A stretch of 64,000 bases of DNA from Azolla caroliniana. Taxonomy: Eukaryota > Plantae > Polypodiophyta. Positions 26,394-40,048 of the stretch are shown here, piece after piece. The stretch is taken from positions 9,548,001 to 9,612,000 of the forward strand of contig JBHGNT010000002.1 in NCBI GenBank assembly GCA_043228905.1, written 5' to 3'. Within the stretch, counting starts at the first letter, position 1. Each line of letters begins with the position of its first letter. A program made the translations under genes and the position numbers. Under the pieces are notes generated by a model. It made no database searches, was not told where the DNA came from, and was given only the letters and a program-made list of their open reading frames with translations.

Positions 26394-26829
26394 TGTTTCG
26401 AATTCTTCTTCTGCTGTCTGTTGTTCGGGATCAGGCTATGTGTGCGCTGTGCGTCGGATCGCCCTTCTGTGCTTCTGCGCCTGTATGTAGGAAAATTCGT
26501 AAAAAGTGAGTCCTTCACAGGCCTGTGTCTTATATAGTGGCTTTTGCCTCGAGCCGCCCTTTTTCGTTTCCCGTGCATGTTCCTCTCCCGCCATAATTAG
26601 TATGTCCTTTCTTGTTTGCCGCGTGTGAGTGCCCACATTCCATGCTTTAAATAGCAAGTACGCGCACGTCCTTCTTTAATGCATGGCGCCTCTTCGTTGC
26701 ATGGTGGCGCTCCCACCTCTTGTGATCTCCCCATCATTACTATGATTCGCGTCGATTTTGCCCACGTCTTCTTTTTTTCTTCTTTTTTTTTTCTTCTTTT
26801 TTTTTTTTTCTTTCTTTGTTTGGACCACA

Positions 26830-29800
26830 TCATTTGCTGGTCCCCCCCGATTTGTTCGGGTCGGTTCGTGTGGATACCAGATCCTTCTGTCGGTTTTCCG
26901 GGATAGTCTTTGTCAGTATCGGTGTCGGTTCTTCCTCGGTCCGAATATCTTCAGAAGCGTCTGTTGGTGTCGGTTCCTCATCTTGCCGGATTTCCGGGTT
27001 TTGCTTGAACGGGTTGGCTGGCATATTTCCCTTATACAGCTTTAGCCGAAACCCATTTGCCCACTTGCCGATGACATCTCCAGACAACGTGCCGAGCTGA
27101 TACGACCCATTGTACTCCTTGGTGATCCAAAACGGTCCGGTCCACCGAAACCGCAACTTTCCCGGCATCTTCCCCATCCGTGTCTGGAATAGTAGCACCG
27201 GTTTCCCGACTTCGAACTCCTTTTCGTTGCCACGCCGGTGTCGGTCCACGAAAGCTTTTCTCCTCCTTTGCTCCAGTTCGAGTTGTAGTAAGCTGGCTAT
27301 TCGGTTTTCTTCTAATTCCAACAACGTCGCCAGCCGGATTCGTTCGGACTCGTTCTCACTTAAGCGCTCCTTTACCTGAATCCGTAAGCTGGGGATCTGG
27401 AACTCTACCGACATGACCGCTTCTAAACCGAATGCTAGTCGGAACGGGGTTGTCCGGATGCTGGTTTTGTACGTTGTTCGGTACGCCCATAGCGTGCTTT
27501 GCAATTTCGTATCCCAGTCGGTCCGATTCTCGTTGACAATTTTTCGTAGGATGTTCTGCAGAGTTTTGTTCGTTGATTCCGCTAGTCCATTGGCTTCAGG
27601 GTAGTAGGGAGTACTCCTTTTATGTACCACCGCGTAAAATGACGTCAGGCTTTCTACTACCTGCCCGAGAAAATGTCCTCCTTGGTCACTTATAAGCTCG
27701 ATCGGGCATCCATACCGGCACCATATGCACTCGTACAGAAACTTTGCCGTGGGCGCGGCCGTGTTGTCCCGTAAGGCCTTTGCTTCTACCCATTTGGTGC
27801 AATAGTCGGTTGCCACTATGACATACCGATTTCCGGTTCGCATTGCCGGTGGCTTGAAGGGACCGACAAAGTCCAACCCCCACTTTTGAAACGGTTCCAA
27901 AGGCAAGACCGGGTGGTGTGGCATCCGGGCCTGCTCTGTGGGTTGGCCTAGTCGTTGACACAAATCGCATTCTCTGCTATACTTCACGGCATCTTTTAGG
28001 GTGGTGGGCCACCACAGTCCGCTCTGCCATATTTTCCGAGCGGTTGCGTCACCGGCATAATGCCCGCCGGCAATTCCACAGTGGGCTTCCCTGAGGATTA
28101 AATCCTTCTCATTGCTCCGCACTGCTCGTCTCCAGATGCCATCTGCCCCCTTGTGATAGAGGGTGTCTCCAACCAAGCAGAAATGTCTGCTTCTTACTGC
28201 TACCCTTTTCCTTTCATCGCGGTCCATGTTCTCCGGGGGAACTCCGGTGCTCAGGAACTGATGCATCTCAGTTAGCCACATGTCTTCATCGGCTACCATT
28301 GCATCCGTTGCCGGTTTCGTCGTGATCCGGAACAACTCGGCGTCGGGGAACTCATCCTGGACGCCGTCCCCTATTTCTCCGGATTCGAGTCTGCTTAGGT
28401 AGTCCGCTACCGCATGCTGCGCCACGGGTCGGTGGAAAATGTCGAATTCAAATTCCCGTAACAGCAGTGTCCATCGTGCAATTTTTCCCGTCATGGATGC
28501 CTTCGAGACCAGGTAGAGTAGTGTCGAATGGTCGACATGGAAGGAAAACTTCCTTCCGAGTAGATAGTGCTTGTACTTTGTGACACTATACACCATTCCC
28601 AATGCCTCGCGTTCCGTCGTAGAGTAATTCCGCTCGGCTTTTGAGAGTTTCCGGCTTGCGTAGTAGACCGGTCGGTACCATTTCGGCTCCGTGAGTTGCA
28701 TCAGAACGCTGTCGATTGCTACGTCTGACGCGTCAACGAAGACGTGAAAGCTTTTACTCCAATCCGGCGGTTGCACCACCGGAGCTTGCGACAGCATAAC
28801 CTTCAACGCTTGGTAGGCTTCCTCCTCTGTCTCCACCCATAGGAAGGGTACCCTGTGTACGGCGGTATGTAATGGTGTAGCGAAGTCTGCGAGGTGCCGT
28901 ATCATCCGGCTATGCCACCTTATTTGGCCCAGGAACCGGCTTAAAGCCTTTGCGTTATTTGGTGCTGGTGCCTTGAGAATCGCCTTGACTTTATCCGGAT
29001 CTACCGCGATTCCTTCCTTACTCACCACGTGCCCTAGTAAGTTGCCGCTTGCCACTCCAAAGACGCACTTGGCCGGGTTCAGGCTCAATCGATACTCGCG
29101 GCACTTCTCCAAGCACAGCCGGAGGTGATCGAGATGCTCTCCGTGCCGGCTGTAGACCGCGAAATCGTCAAGGAAGACCTGCATAAAACCGGGGATATAT
29201 TCCCCAAAAATTTCCATTATTATCCTTTGAAAGGTCGCTGGAGCCGTCTTTAGTCCGAACATCATCACGACCGCGACGAACACTCCCCATTCCGTCACGA
29301 ACGCTGTCTTCTCCTAGTCGGCCGGGTTCATTCGTATTTGGTTGTAGCCGCTAAATCCATCCAGGAAGCTGTAAACTTCGTGGCCGGCTACCGCATCTAA
29401 CACCCCGTCCGTAAATGGTAGTGGAAACGCATCGGTCACTGTTGCGGCATTTAGTTTTCGGTAGTCCACGCATACCCGGATTTTGCCGTTCTTTTTCGGG
29501 ACCACCACTATCGGACTCAGCCAGGTTGCCTGCTTGACCGGTCGGATAAATCCGACCCGGAGGAGCTTATCAGTTTCCTCCTTCACCTTCGCCGCATAAT
29601 TCGGATTCATCAGGTACCTGCGTTGAGCGATCAGTTTCGCGTCCGTACTTAGGTGAATTTGGTGCTGATAGAGCTGGGGGTCCAGCCCTCGCATGTCTTC
29701 GTACGACCACGCGAACACATCCTTGAAGTCTGTTAATAATGCTACCATTGCCTTCTTTTCTTCCTTCGGCAATTCCTTTGCAACATTTACCGGTCGGGGC

Positions 29801-32700
29801 TTGTCTGTTGTGCCGAGGTCCACCTCCTCTAGTTGGGATGCTTTTACCCTCTGGGATATCGTCATTTCCCTCTCTAGGGATTCCTGCGCTTGTCGCAGTT
29901 CCCAGATCGCCGCTTGGTCCGGTTCATCCGGCGTCGTAATGTACGGTTCTACTCCCGCCGTGCTATCCACCTCAAATAGTGGGACGATTCGTGGGTGTTC
30001 CTCGAGGTACCGCTCGACTTCCTCGTCCGGTAATCCCTCCAACATGTTAATGCTTTCCGCATACAATGGAGTTGCTTCCTTACTGGTGATCACCCGTGGT
30101 TGCGTCGTTACTCGTACCTTTATTTTCCCTCGCCGGAATGTGATCATGTTCTTTTGCCAGTTCTGCTTGATATGCGCCGTTCGCAGCCATGGTCGTCCTA
30201 GCAGTAGGGGGTACGCACCTTGTACATTCAGCTGCAGCACCACGGCCGATATCCGGAATACGTGGCCTCCGATCGTTACTTCCAAATCCCGGATAAGCCC
30301 GGTCGGTCGGACTAAGCTGGTATCCGCCATGCGTAACCAGAAGGGGCATGGTTCCCATTCCCGGATGCCCAGGTTGTTGCATGTTTGTCGGCTGATGACA
30401 TTTACCCCGGAGCCTCCGTCAATAATCGTTCCAGCAATTTCCTTTCCTTTCACGATTGTCGTGATCGCCGGGCTACTTGAATCGACCACCGCTGGTCCTT
30501 CCTCCGGGCTGGAGAAGAATGCCAGTGCTGGCGTCGGCTTCGGTTTGCTCACGGATGCCTGTAAGTCTGCCGTAAACCGTGGCACCAACTGTAGTAGTCG
30601 TGCTAACGGCAGCACGATGTGACAGTCCTGTAGCACTTGCCACGTTGAGTTTTCTCCTGGCTGTATGATTTCTTCGTCTTTTGGCATATTCTGGTCTCTT
30701 ACTTCTGCCGCATTCTGTTCATTGGCCTCCTTGATCCATTGCGCCGCTTGTTTTCTGATTGCCTCCTGGGCTTCCCACTCGGCGGTCTTTCCCTTTGACC
30801 GGGTTGTGACCTGTTGTACTTCTGTTATTTCGGCTGTAACCATGTTGACTTCCGGCTGCTTGTCATTGGTTTTGCTTGGGCATTGGTTACTATAGTGGCC
30901 TTCCTTACGGCAGTAATAACAGTACACCTTGTGACTGTTGCTCGTTTCTCCTTTGTCCCCGGTTTGGAGGGTGGGTATGCTTCGGCGGTCGTCTTCGGTT
31001 TTTCGGTTATCCGGTACCGATACCAGGTTGTCATTCCTCGCTACCTCCCGACGTTCCTCTCTTCGGAAAAATCCACGCTTCTGATTCCGTCGGAAATTTC
31101 GGTTCCCTTGTCGCCTCTCTTCTCTGCGTCGTTCGTATTCCGGGGATTCGTCTGGGTCGTACCAGTCCCGGGGGTAGCTATCTCTGCGTCTCTCCTCTCG
31201 GTCATAGTTATCGCGTCTTCTATCAGCGTATCTGTTACCGCGTTCGCGTTGGTAGCGGTCGTCTCTCCGGAATCGATCCTCGTCCGGGTTCTGATTGCGC
31301 GGTTCTATGTGTCGAACCGGTGCTGCCTGCCGATTTAACATGTTATATTCGCATCGGTCCGTTGTATGGGCTCAAGAGTTGCAGATCATACATTGTGTCC
31401 GCAGGGTGCAGTCTATTGTTGAGTGCCCCGAATTTAGGCATGTTGTGCATTGTAAGGCCTGTCGGAACCTCAGGTCTTCCTCCTTCGGGAGTGCCCGGTG
31501 TAACATCCCCATCGACAAGAAGGGGCTAGTCTTGTCCATTTCTAAAACCCGATCAATAACTTGGTCAATTGTGCTGGTTTGGAAATCAAGGACTCCGCAC
31601 ATTGTTCGAAGTGGCTCTTTCAGTGCGGCCAAAAAGACTGCTTTGGCTTCGTCTTCGGGTGGTGCTCTTGTCAGTTGGTTGTGCAGGGTCTGAAACCGAA
31701 TGATGAATTGTGGCATAGTCTCGTTCTCTTCCTGCCGGGTGGTGTAGAACTGCCCGACCAATTCCCTTTGCTCAACTTGTCTGTGAAAAAGCCTGAGGAA
31801 TCTGGCCTTCAAGGCATCGAATGTGGCACAGCTGCCCGGTAAGTGCTTTGCGTGCCATCGGGCCGCCGGTCCTTCTAAGGTTATGCCGAATTCGGCGACT
31901 TTGGATCATTCGGCTTCGGGCTCCGTCAGTCTTTGGGAGACATGGTTGGCTTCCCATGTTTGGAGGAATGCGTACACGTGTGCCTCCGCGTTGGGCTCAT
32001 CCCGGTACTTTGGGTATGGGTACGGCATCGTGTCGTCCAACTGACTCTCCTACTTTCTGTCCGTTGTTGGCGTCGGTGTGAGAACCTTTGGTTCCTCCGC
32101 GGTTGGTGCCGATATCCGCTCCTTCAGTTCCTCCGCGGGTGTTGCCGGTGTCCGGTCCTTTGGTTCCTCCGCGGGTGTTGTCGGTATCCGCTCCTTCGGT
32201 TCCTTCGCGGGTGTTGTCGGTATCCGCTCCTTCGGTTCCTTCGCGGGTGTTGTCGGTATCCGGTCAGCCTCCCTCGGCGATTGCCGGTCACCGAACTCCA
32301 AGGTTATTTCTTCCTTTGGCTCCGGTGTTACTGAGTCTTCCGACCCCTCTTCCCCCGGGTCGTTTGGTGTGTCGTGGCTGCTTTTATACCGAGACGCAAC
32401 GCTTCCGTCGCTTTCCGACTCCGCCTCAAGTGTTGCGAATGCTTCCGAATCCCCGTCGCCCCCGGCGAGCGTCTGTAGTATCGTTTCCGCCTCTTGCAGG
32501 CTTGTTATGCTACTGCCTTCGTCGGGGATTTGCAGAACCCGGAACTGCAGTGCTTCTTCTGCGACTCTCCGAAGAGTTTTGGAGAATGACCGATCCCGCC
32601 GGATCTCGTCGACGGCTTGCTGAAGGGCTTCCCGTCGTTGCTCGCGTTCGGTGTATCGTCTCCCTCGTTCGGTGATGTGGTCGTCGTTTGGTCTAGACAT
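26830..32700 (-). pseudogene. Gypsy-D gag-pol: one reading frame (~1950 codons) broken by four stops
   Basis: Stops at 32050, 31906, 31372 and 29314 are all TAG/TGA in the same frame. Motifs: CYYCRKEGHYSNQC, IIDGGSG, LDGFSGYNQI, FLDDF, VDASD, WGLDFVGPF, RWTGPF. Confidence 0.92.
32085..32262 (-). repeat. 36-bp in-frame tandem repeat (~5 copies) in Gypsy-D gag
   Basis: Encodes RIPTTPAKEPKE-like units. Confidence 0.9.
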
Positions 32701-35308
32701 CCATCCCCCAGTTGTCCTCTGCACTTTGCAGGAATCGTGGTCGCCAAAATAGTGTTGTCTGCCTGGCCGGACTAGCCTCAACACAGGTGTCTATCCGACA
32801 CTTCTCCAAAGGGGTGGTAAGGATTGGATGCTAGGTTACACGCGTAAGATGATTACAATTAAGCACAGACGGTAAAGAATACGAAGATACAGATAAACAC
32901 ACAATAATTACTTTTGTATTACTTCCGTCAAACCCTTTACAAATCATCGGATCCTTTTATAGGCATCCAGCAAGGTTACAATCGGTGCGCTTAGGAAACC
33001 GACATCTGAATCGGTCCGGATCCGGATTGGTACAACTGTACCGGATCCGTCCCTCCGAATAATAATTCTACTATTATTTACTTCCTATTATCCGATCCGA
33101 CTCCGCCTTCCCACTTGTCCTTGCTCTTCTGACCGGCCAACAGGGTGTTCGGATGCCTAGGGTATATGCATGTAGCTAAGGCTTAGAGGTCAAAGCTCGA
33201 TAGTAAGTCGAAACCATGCATATTCATGGGATACTCGGAAGATGAGTTTAGCTATAGGCTATGGGACCTAGTTGACAAGAAGGTAGTGAGGAGTCGGGAC
33301 GTAGTCTTCTTGGAAGACAAGACCATAGAGGACTAGAAGCAACAAAAGTTAGAATCGACTAACCAATCAACCTCCACTACTATCGACTTGAAGCCAAGTG
33401 AACTGACACAGTTAGTTGTTCAGAGATAGCCAGTAAGCACAACCAAATCCAAGTCGGTTGGCTCGGAGAGACTAACCGACTATGAGTCTAAGTCAGCAAA
33501 GCTGTTAAGATCGATCGAGGAATACGAGTTGCAGTTGTCCAACCTTGAGAAGCTAATCGACATATATGAACCTGAGCCAAGAGTAGAGTCGACAGAAACA
33601 TCCGAACTGAATCTGACAATGAGTGGAAGGAGATACCCACTTCGAGAAAGGAGAGCACCGACAACATATGCCAGTCAATACATCCTCATGACTGATGAAG
33701 GTGAGCCAGAGTGTTATGATGAAACCATCGCCGACAAGCATAGAGAGAAATGGGTTCCAACAGAAAAAGGGTGTTAACTTTGACAAAATATTCGCTCCAG
33801 TCGTGAAGATGACATCCATTAGAATTGTTCTGAGCATAGTTGCCAGTATGGACCTAGAGATCAAACACTTGGATGTCAAGACATCGTTCTTGCACGGGGA
33901 GCTGGATGAAGAGATTTACATGCAGCAACCCTAAGGCTTTGAGGAGAAAGGGAAAGAGAACTTGGTGTATCGATGGAAGAAAAGCTTGTATGGGTTGAAA
34001 CAAGCTCCACGCCAATGGTACAAGAAGTTTGAGTCCTTCATGGTGGAACATAGGTTCAAGAAAACACAAGCTAATCATTGTGTGTTCGTCAAAAGGTATG
34101 ACGAAGGTGACTTCTTGATTCTCTTGTTATATGTAGATGACATGTTGATAGTCGGTCAAGATACAAGGAAGATCGGAAGCTTGAAGAAAGCTCTAGGAAA
34201 ATCGTTTGCCATGAAAGATCTTGGACCGGCTAAATAGATCTTACGGATGCACATAGTTCGAGAGAGAACTAAGAAAGTGTTGTGGTTGTCATAAGAGAAA
34301 TACGTGACTAAGATCCTAGAAAGATTCAACATGTCGGAAGCAAAGCCGGTCGGCTCTATGTTACCGACTAACTACAAGTTAAATGCAAAGCAATGCCTGA
34401 GAGGGGAGAAAGAAAAGGTTGAGATGAGGAAAATACCATATGCCTCAGCCGTCGGCAGCTTAATGTATGCTATGGTATGTACGAGACTAGACATAGCATT
34501 TGCTATGGGAATAGTAAGCCGATAATGAGTAATCCAGGACGAGAACATTGGGCAGTAGTGAAATGGATACTCAGGTATTTAAAAGGCACCTCGGCTGTGT
34601 GTCTTTAGTATGGTGTCAAAAAACCCATGCTCGAAGGTTTACTGACTTGGACATGTCGGGGGATGTAGACTCAAGCTTATCCACATCAAAGTACGTGATG
34701 ACGTATGTAGGGGGAGCAGTGTCGTGGCAGTCACGAATGCATAAGTCTGTGGCCTTGTCGACCACAAAGGCAGAGTACATGGCAGCGGTAGAGGCCGGCA
34801 AGGAGCTGATTTGGATGAGAAACTTTCTCGGCGAGTTGGGAATGAAGCAAAAGGACTTCTTGCTTCACTGTGACAGCAAGAGTGCCACGCTCATGAAGAT
34901 CCATACTAACGACAATGGATCTGACATGCTGACAAAGAACCTACCGATGGACTGACTTAGAGTCTGTCAACAGATGACAGGAATAACGAACTCCTCCCCA
35001 CAAGAGTGAAGGGGGAGTTGGTTAGGAATATGTCCCTCTAATGGGAGGAGCCGACTCCTCGGAGAGAGCCAACGGTCGAAGACAGGGAGCAGCCGATTGA
35101 TCGGATGAGAGTCGACGGTTGAGGAGTCGACTCGGAAAGAGTTGATCGAGGTTGAAGACACGACCGGCTAGTCCGACCAACCCAATGGTCGATGACCAGG
35201 TCGACTAGTCGGACCGACCCGATAGTCGACGAATGAGTCGGCTGATTAGTAAGACTACTACTATTATTATTGGATAACATGATTGTAAATAACACATTCT
35301 ATGTATTA

Positions 35309-35359
<51 letters not shown>

Positions 35360-36413
35360 TATGTGGTGTAGTGTGAGAGAGAAGAGAAAAGAGTGTGAGG
35401 GAGCGTGAGTGAGTGAGTGGCGCCATAGTTGTGATCAGAACAGAATACGCCAAGAGACCTTCGGGACTATATTACACTCGGTGTAGAGAGTGTTGTACTC
35501 TAATCTCGTTGTTGTATATCCACTGTATAGTGAAGATCCATTCTCCATGGTTTTCATCCGCTTTAGGGTTTCCACATTAAATCTGTGTACACTGTTTTCT
35601 GTGCTTCAGAGTTGTGTATTTCAACATATTCCTTTTATAGTGGTTTGACGATTCGTTTCTCAACAATAACAATGTTGGAAACTCATCTGCTCATAATCGT
35701 ATAGGGGTAGTAAGGTTAGTTCGAAGGGGTGATTTCCCACACCATTGGTCTATTTTCAAGAGTTTGGAAAACACACCCCCCATTGCCATTGATTCATTAT
35801 GTATGTTCTCTAACTCTATGGAGAAATCTAAACACCCTTCCTATTATCAAGGTCATAGTTGGATCAAGGCCATTCATTTAGCGTGTGAAATCTCCTTGTT
35901 GATCATAGATTGATCTCAAGGTTGTTACAATCCATTTGGTGTTAATGAGTTTTAATAAAGAGACATGGTACTATCATCCCTTATCAATGGGAGAACCCAA
36001 AATCTAGATAGTCTTATACAATGAAACACAATGTTTAAGTATAAACCCAATGCATGGGTGGAACCTGTCCACCACTTACTTGGTGGAAGCCTAGGCCATG
36101 TTCTAGATCGTAGACTTTGACCCTCCATAAACGATCTTGAACCGCATCACCCATGTCATATATATTTATATTTATAATGCACACGCGCCGATTGATCAAA
36201 CATTCAGTCACTCCAATATCCATTGACAGGTTAAAAATTGACCCAACAATCTAGTAGGAATCATCGAATGATGAATCATAGTGCATGTCATGATGGATCG
36301 ATGGACGTCGTGTGTCACAATCGATTGAAATGAAATGCGTGGGATGAATGAGTGATAGATGAACGACGGAGGAATGGAGACCCCACAAAGGCTCCTTCCT
36401 GATGAAAGGAAGG

Positions 36414-36458
<45 letters not shown>

Positions 36459-36461
<3 letters not shown>

Positions 36462-39400
36462 GTCGACCCTTTAGCCATAGGCATCACACGTAGATCAAAA
36501 GATCAAGCTTTGGCCATCATCTTCTTGAACTTGGAAGTCGGCACTAGATGATCATATATAATGGTTTAGCCAAGTGGCCGGGCTCGAAAGAGCTCACATG
36601 TTTCCCACATGGAGGAGGAGAAAGCACAGTTGACTACCTAATAGGACGCCTTGAAGCTACCCACATGATTAACTCCTTCTGGGTGGCCCCATGAGCTAGA
36701 ATCGTCGACATCTACTATCAGCAGCATGGATGCGGTAGCTATACTTCCTATACTTTGAGCTAAAACGTGACACCTCAATGCCACCAACTCTAGTCAACCA
36801 AACCATCACACCACAATACATTTCACACATGAGCTCTCTGACATCTACTCCCGACATGTTCAAGCCCATCTCTCCTCTCTTGATTCTTCCTTGCCTTTAG
36901 AGAACCTCACTACATAACACACACATCCTTCACTTAGCAGCCATTAGTAGCTTACCATACACGAAACACTCCAATCATAGTAGAATAGGGTCTATGCCAC
37001 AAAATAGGTGGTATGATGAGGATTGTAGAGACTTGTATAGATAACTTAAAGTGTCGCGACTTAGTGGTACTATTTCCTCAGTACAAGCTCGCAAAGAGAT
37101 GCACAAGATGACACGTCGCAAAAGCCGAGCTTGGGAAGCATCTCAATATTGGGAACTCTACCACATGCTCATGAGTAGGGACTATGCCCTTACATGGAAG
37201 CGACTACGGGAAATGAGACCACAAACACCCATCGAGGATCCCAACACTTGGCACACATATATAGAGAGACTCTACCATGTCCCGAACCAACCACCCATTC
37301 CAATGCCTTCCACACCTCGACCTACCACGGGGACACTTTTCACGACCTCTAGGGTCACGAAGGTCATAAAAAAATTACAACATAGGAAGTCCATGGATCA
37401 CACAGGATTGCGAGCCGAACACATCATATATGCTCGAGAGTGCCTAGCTCCTTTTCTCACTCTAATCTTCAATCGTGCCCTCATTGATGGTTTCCCACCA
37501 CAATGGACCATGAACACAGCGGCCCCTATACATAAAGGAGGGGACCCAATCGACCCAAATACATATAGGACCATTATGATAGGTCATACACTCACCAAAC
37601 TATATTGTGCAATAATGGAAACAAAGCTCAACGATTATATGGAGACCTTAAAGCCTTCGAGCACCTGAGCACACAACGAGGATTGGTAGTGAATCGAACT
37701 AAAATGAAAGCCCTTATCTGCTACACATCGTCTCGAGTTAAGAGTAAGTGTCCCCTATTCCTCTCTCATAAACCAATTGAGGTAAGTTGGATCATATGTA
37801 TATATGGGAGTCACTTTTAGTGCTCGTTCAAGTAAATTCTTGATGACCCAAGCAACCAAAGATAGGCTAACGAGTGTTGGGAAACATGTCCCTCCGGATG
37901 GGAAGAGAAGTACTGTATTGGTGAGTATCTCGGCCGAGGCCAATAGGCCAAGGCAAAATCGAAACCCGAAATCATTTCGGAAGACTATAATTGTAAATAG
38001 TCAAAAATGCCTCGTGGGGGCTATACTTGTAAATAGCCAGAAAGTTGCTTTGGTTTATAAGCAACTAGGGCAAACTTTAAGAGTGTAGTGATCATTATTG
38101 AAAAGTTACAACGAGATAGTTGCCTCTGTAGCCGTGAGTAAGAGACTACTAGTGTAACTCTGTAACCGTCTGTCAGACGAAGGAGAACTCGAGGTCGTTG
38201 CCTCTGAGTTCTGTATTTGTACTTCCTCTCTACTATAGTGATATGTTTTTCTCGAGGTTTGCAGACCCCTGTGGTTTTTCCCATTTCGGGTTTTCCACAT
38301 AAAATATCAGTGTCTTTGTGTCTTCACGTTTTTCTTGTCTGTGTACTAGTTCTTGGTTTCTACACACGAATACGAACGTGAAATTGGTTGTGGCTAGTCG
38401 ATTCCTAACAACAAGAGGGTATGCATCCCTCTCACTCTTAGAGAGACAATGCCACCAGACATACTTTCAAGAGCCACAGACTAGGGGATGGCTCTTCCAC
38501 CCATTAGTGACCCCTTCACTCATGTATGCATTAGTAGTATGGGCTCCAAGTCTACCGCCCTTCATGTGGACGCAATTAGAGAGACCTTTGGTGATAATGT
38601 TATCATATCAACTCCGAATCAAATGGAAAGTACCACATGACATTATTAGAGCAGAGTTTAGTCTGCCCCCAATGTTAGTAGAAGCACTCTTCCAATTAGT
38701 AGTTTTTATTCATAGGATACATAGCCAACCACAATATAGGATATCTCATCAAGCTTTTGAGGCATCTCGATCCCCCTATATGAGTCTGGAGAGAGTAGCT
38801 CTTGGTATAACATTATAGTGCATTGGTTACTTGCAAATGGCATAGACATTAATAACCTACCTCCCGTTAAGTACAACCATGGGAATGACCAAACTTTAAT
38901 CTCTCATGAAGACCATAATAAAGTAATACGCCAAGAAATATAACAAATTTATACATGATATAAACGGATCACCCTACGAGAGCCACTCCCATCTAAAATG
39001 TTGTACTATAAGGAACACTTCATGCACTTCTCTAAGCGAGGTTTTATTACACGCCTAAAATATCTAGAAACATTCTTGACAAATGCACTAAGGGTGGCCA
39101 TTGGACAACTTAGGATATCGTCTCACCAACTTGAGATTGAGAATGGTCGTACTAATGGAGTCCCTAGAGAGGAATGGCTATGTAGGTTATGCAAGGAATG
39201 GCTATGTAGGAATGGCTATGTCACATAGAAATAGAGGATGAGTATCACTTTACATGCAAGTGTCCAACTTATGCTGAGATAAGGGCGAAATACCAAGACA
39301 TACTATGACCCGCTCCCACCCTCTCCAAACTATTAGATACTCTGGATATAAAGAGACTAGGTAGGTATGTATATCTTAGAGCTAAAACATAGGGAGAATA

Positions 39401-39830
39401 ATTTACAAAGTGTTAACCATAACCCTTTTAGTATTCACCAACATGTAACTAATGTAATTTTTCAGGAACAAGGGGAAACGATGAATGTGGACACTCCTAC
39501 ATCACTCGGCCTCTCTCTTGAGGAAGCAAAAATGCAAAGAACAACCAAACGCCCTCGAATGTCGGGTTTCAAAGCAACTCGACGTGGAGTAGAAACAATA
39601 AAGAAGATAAGGGAACGTGATCTACGCCGCCTAGCAACTATGGTTGCGGTATCTTTTACATTGGGACCACGGGCCATATCCACATTGAAACCCTTTGACC
39701 TCCTGCTTCTTTTCGAGAGACTTGGGATGGAAATGAAACTAGGCCTAGTATAAAGTCATTTCCTTATATAGAACATGTTTTTTTTTGCTAGGACTCTTTA
39801 GCATACGTTCTATTCTTTATTTTTATTTAT
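36459..39830 (+). mobile_element. Second, 5'-truncated copy of the RTEX-like LINE, with RT core deleted and a solo LTR inserted; ends approximate
   Basis: Collinear with the reverse complement of ~1550-4345 (WEASQYWELYHML, YRTIMIGHTL, LRISSHQLEIENGR); the sequence jumps past most of the RT at ~37655. Confidence 0.9.
37875..38410 (+). mobile_element. Solo LTR related to Copia-A
   Basis: TGTTGGGAAA...CCTAACA ends resembling the reverse complement of the Copia-A LTR; TSD ACGAG / ACAAG (one transition); LINE frame resumes after it. Confidence 0.88.
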
Positions 39831-39883
39831 TACTTTCGATGAATGGGTAAATACCACATTTTTATTGTAAACCAATTGGTTTG

Positions 39884-39889
39884 TGGGCC
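39884..39889 (+). promoter_or_regulatory. Site II motif (TGGGCC) upstream of RPS16; telo-box AAACCCTAA at 40575-40583 in intron 1
   Basis: This motif pair is typical of plant ribosomal-protein genes, but both motifs are short and may occur by chance. Confidence 0.35.
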
Positions 39890-40048
39890 AATTTTGGTCT
39901 TAGAAGACGTTCATATATCTTTCTTTCTCTTTCTCTCTCTCTATCCATCCTTGCTAGATAAGGAAGCCTCCTCCTTCTCCCAATAAATACCAGAAGAGAA
40001 AGCCAGCCATAGCCATAGAGAAACAAATAAGCAAGCAAGCAAAAGCAA

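Larger units (their letters stand above)
23047..33142 (-). mobile_element. Ty3/Gypsy LTR retrotransposon D (non-chromovirus, Athila/Tat-like) with extra 3' ORF
   Basis: 390-bp LTRs 23047-23436 and 32753-33142 (about 7 differences by eye); TSD GGGTG (23042-23046 / 33143-33147); PBS TGGCGACCAC (32746-32737, tRNA-Arg-like); domain order PR-RT-RH-IN; no chromodomain seen. Confidence 0.95.
20426..35665 (+). mobile_element. Ty1/Copia LTR retrotransposon C, decayed, host of Gypsy-D
   Basis: LTRs 20426-21081 and 35020-35665; TSD ATAAC (20421-20425 / 35666-35670); PBS TGGTATCAGAGC 21085-21096; PPT GAGTGAAGGGGGAG ~35004-35017; gag-pol from ATG 21110 to ~35009, homologous to Copia-B, with many stops and deletions. 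Confidence 0.95.
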
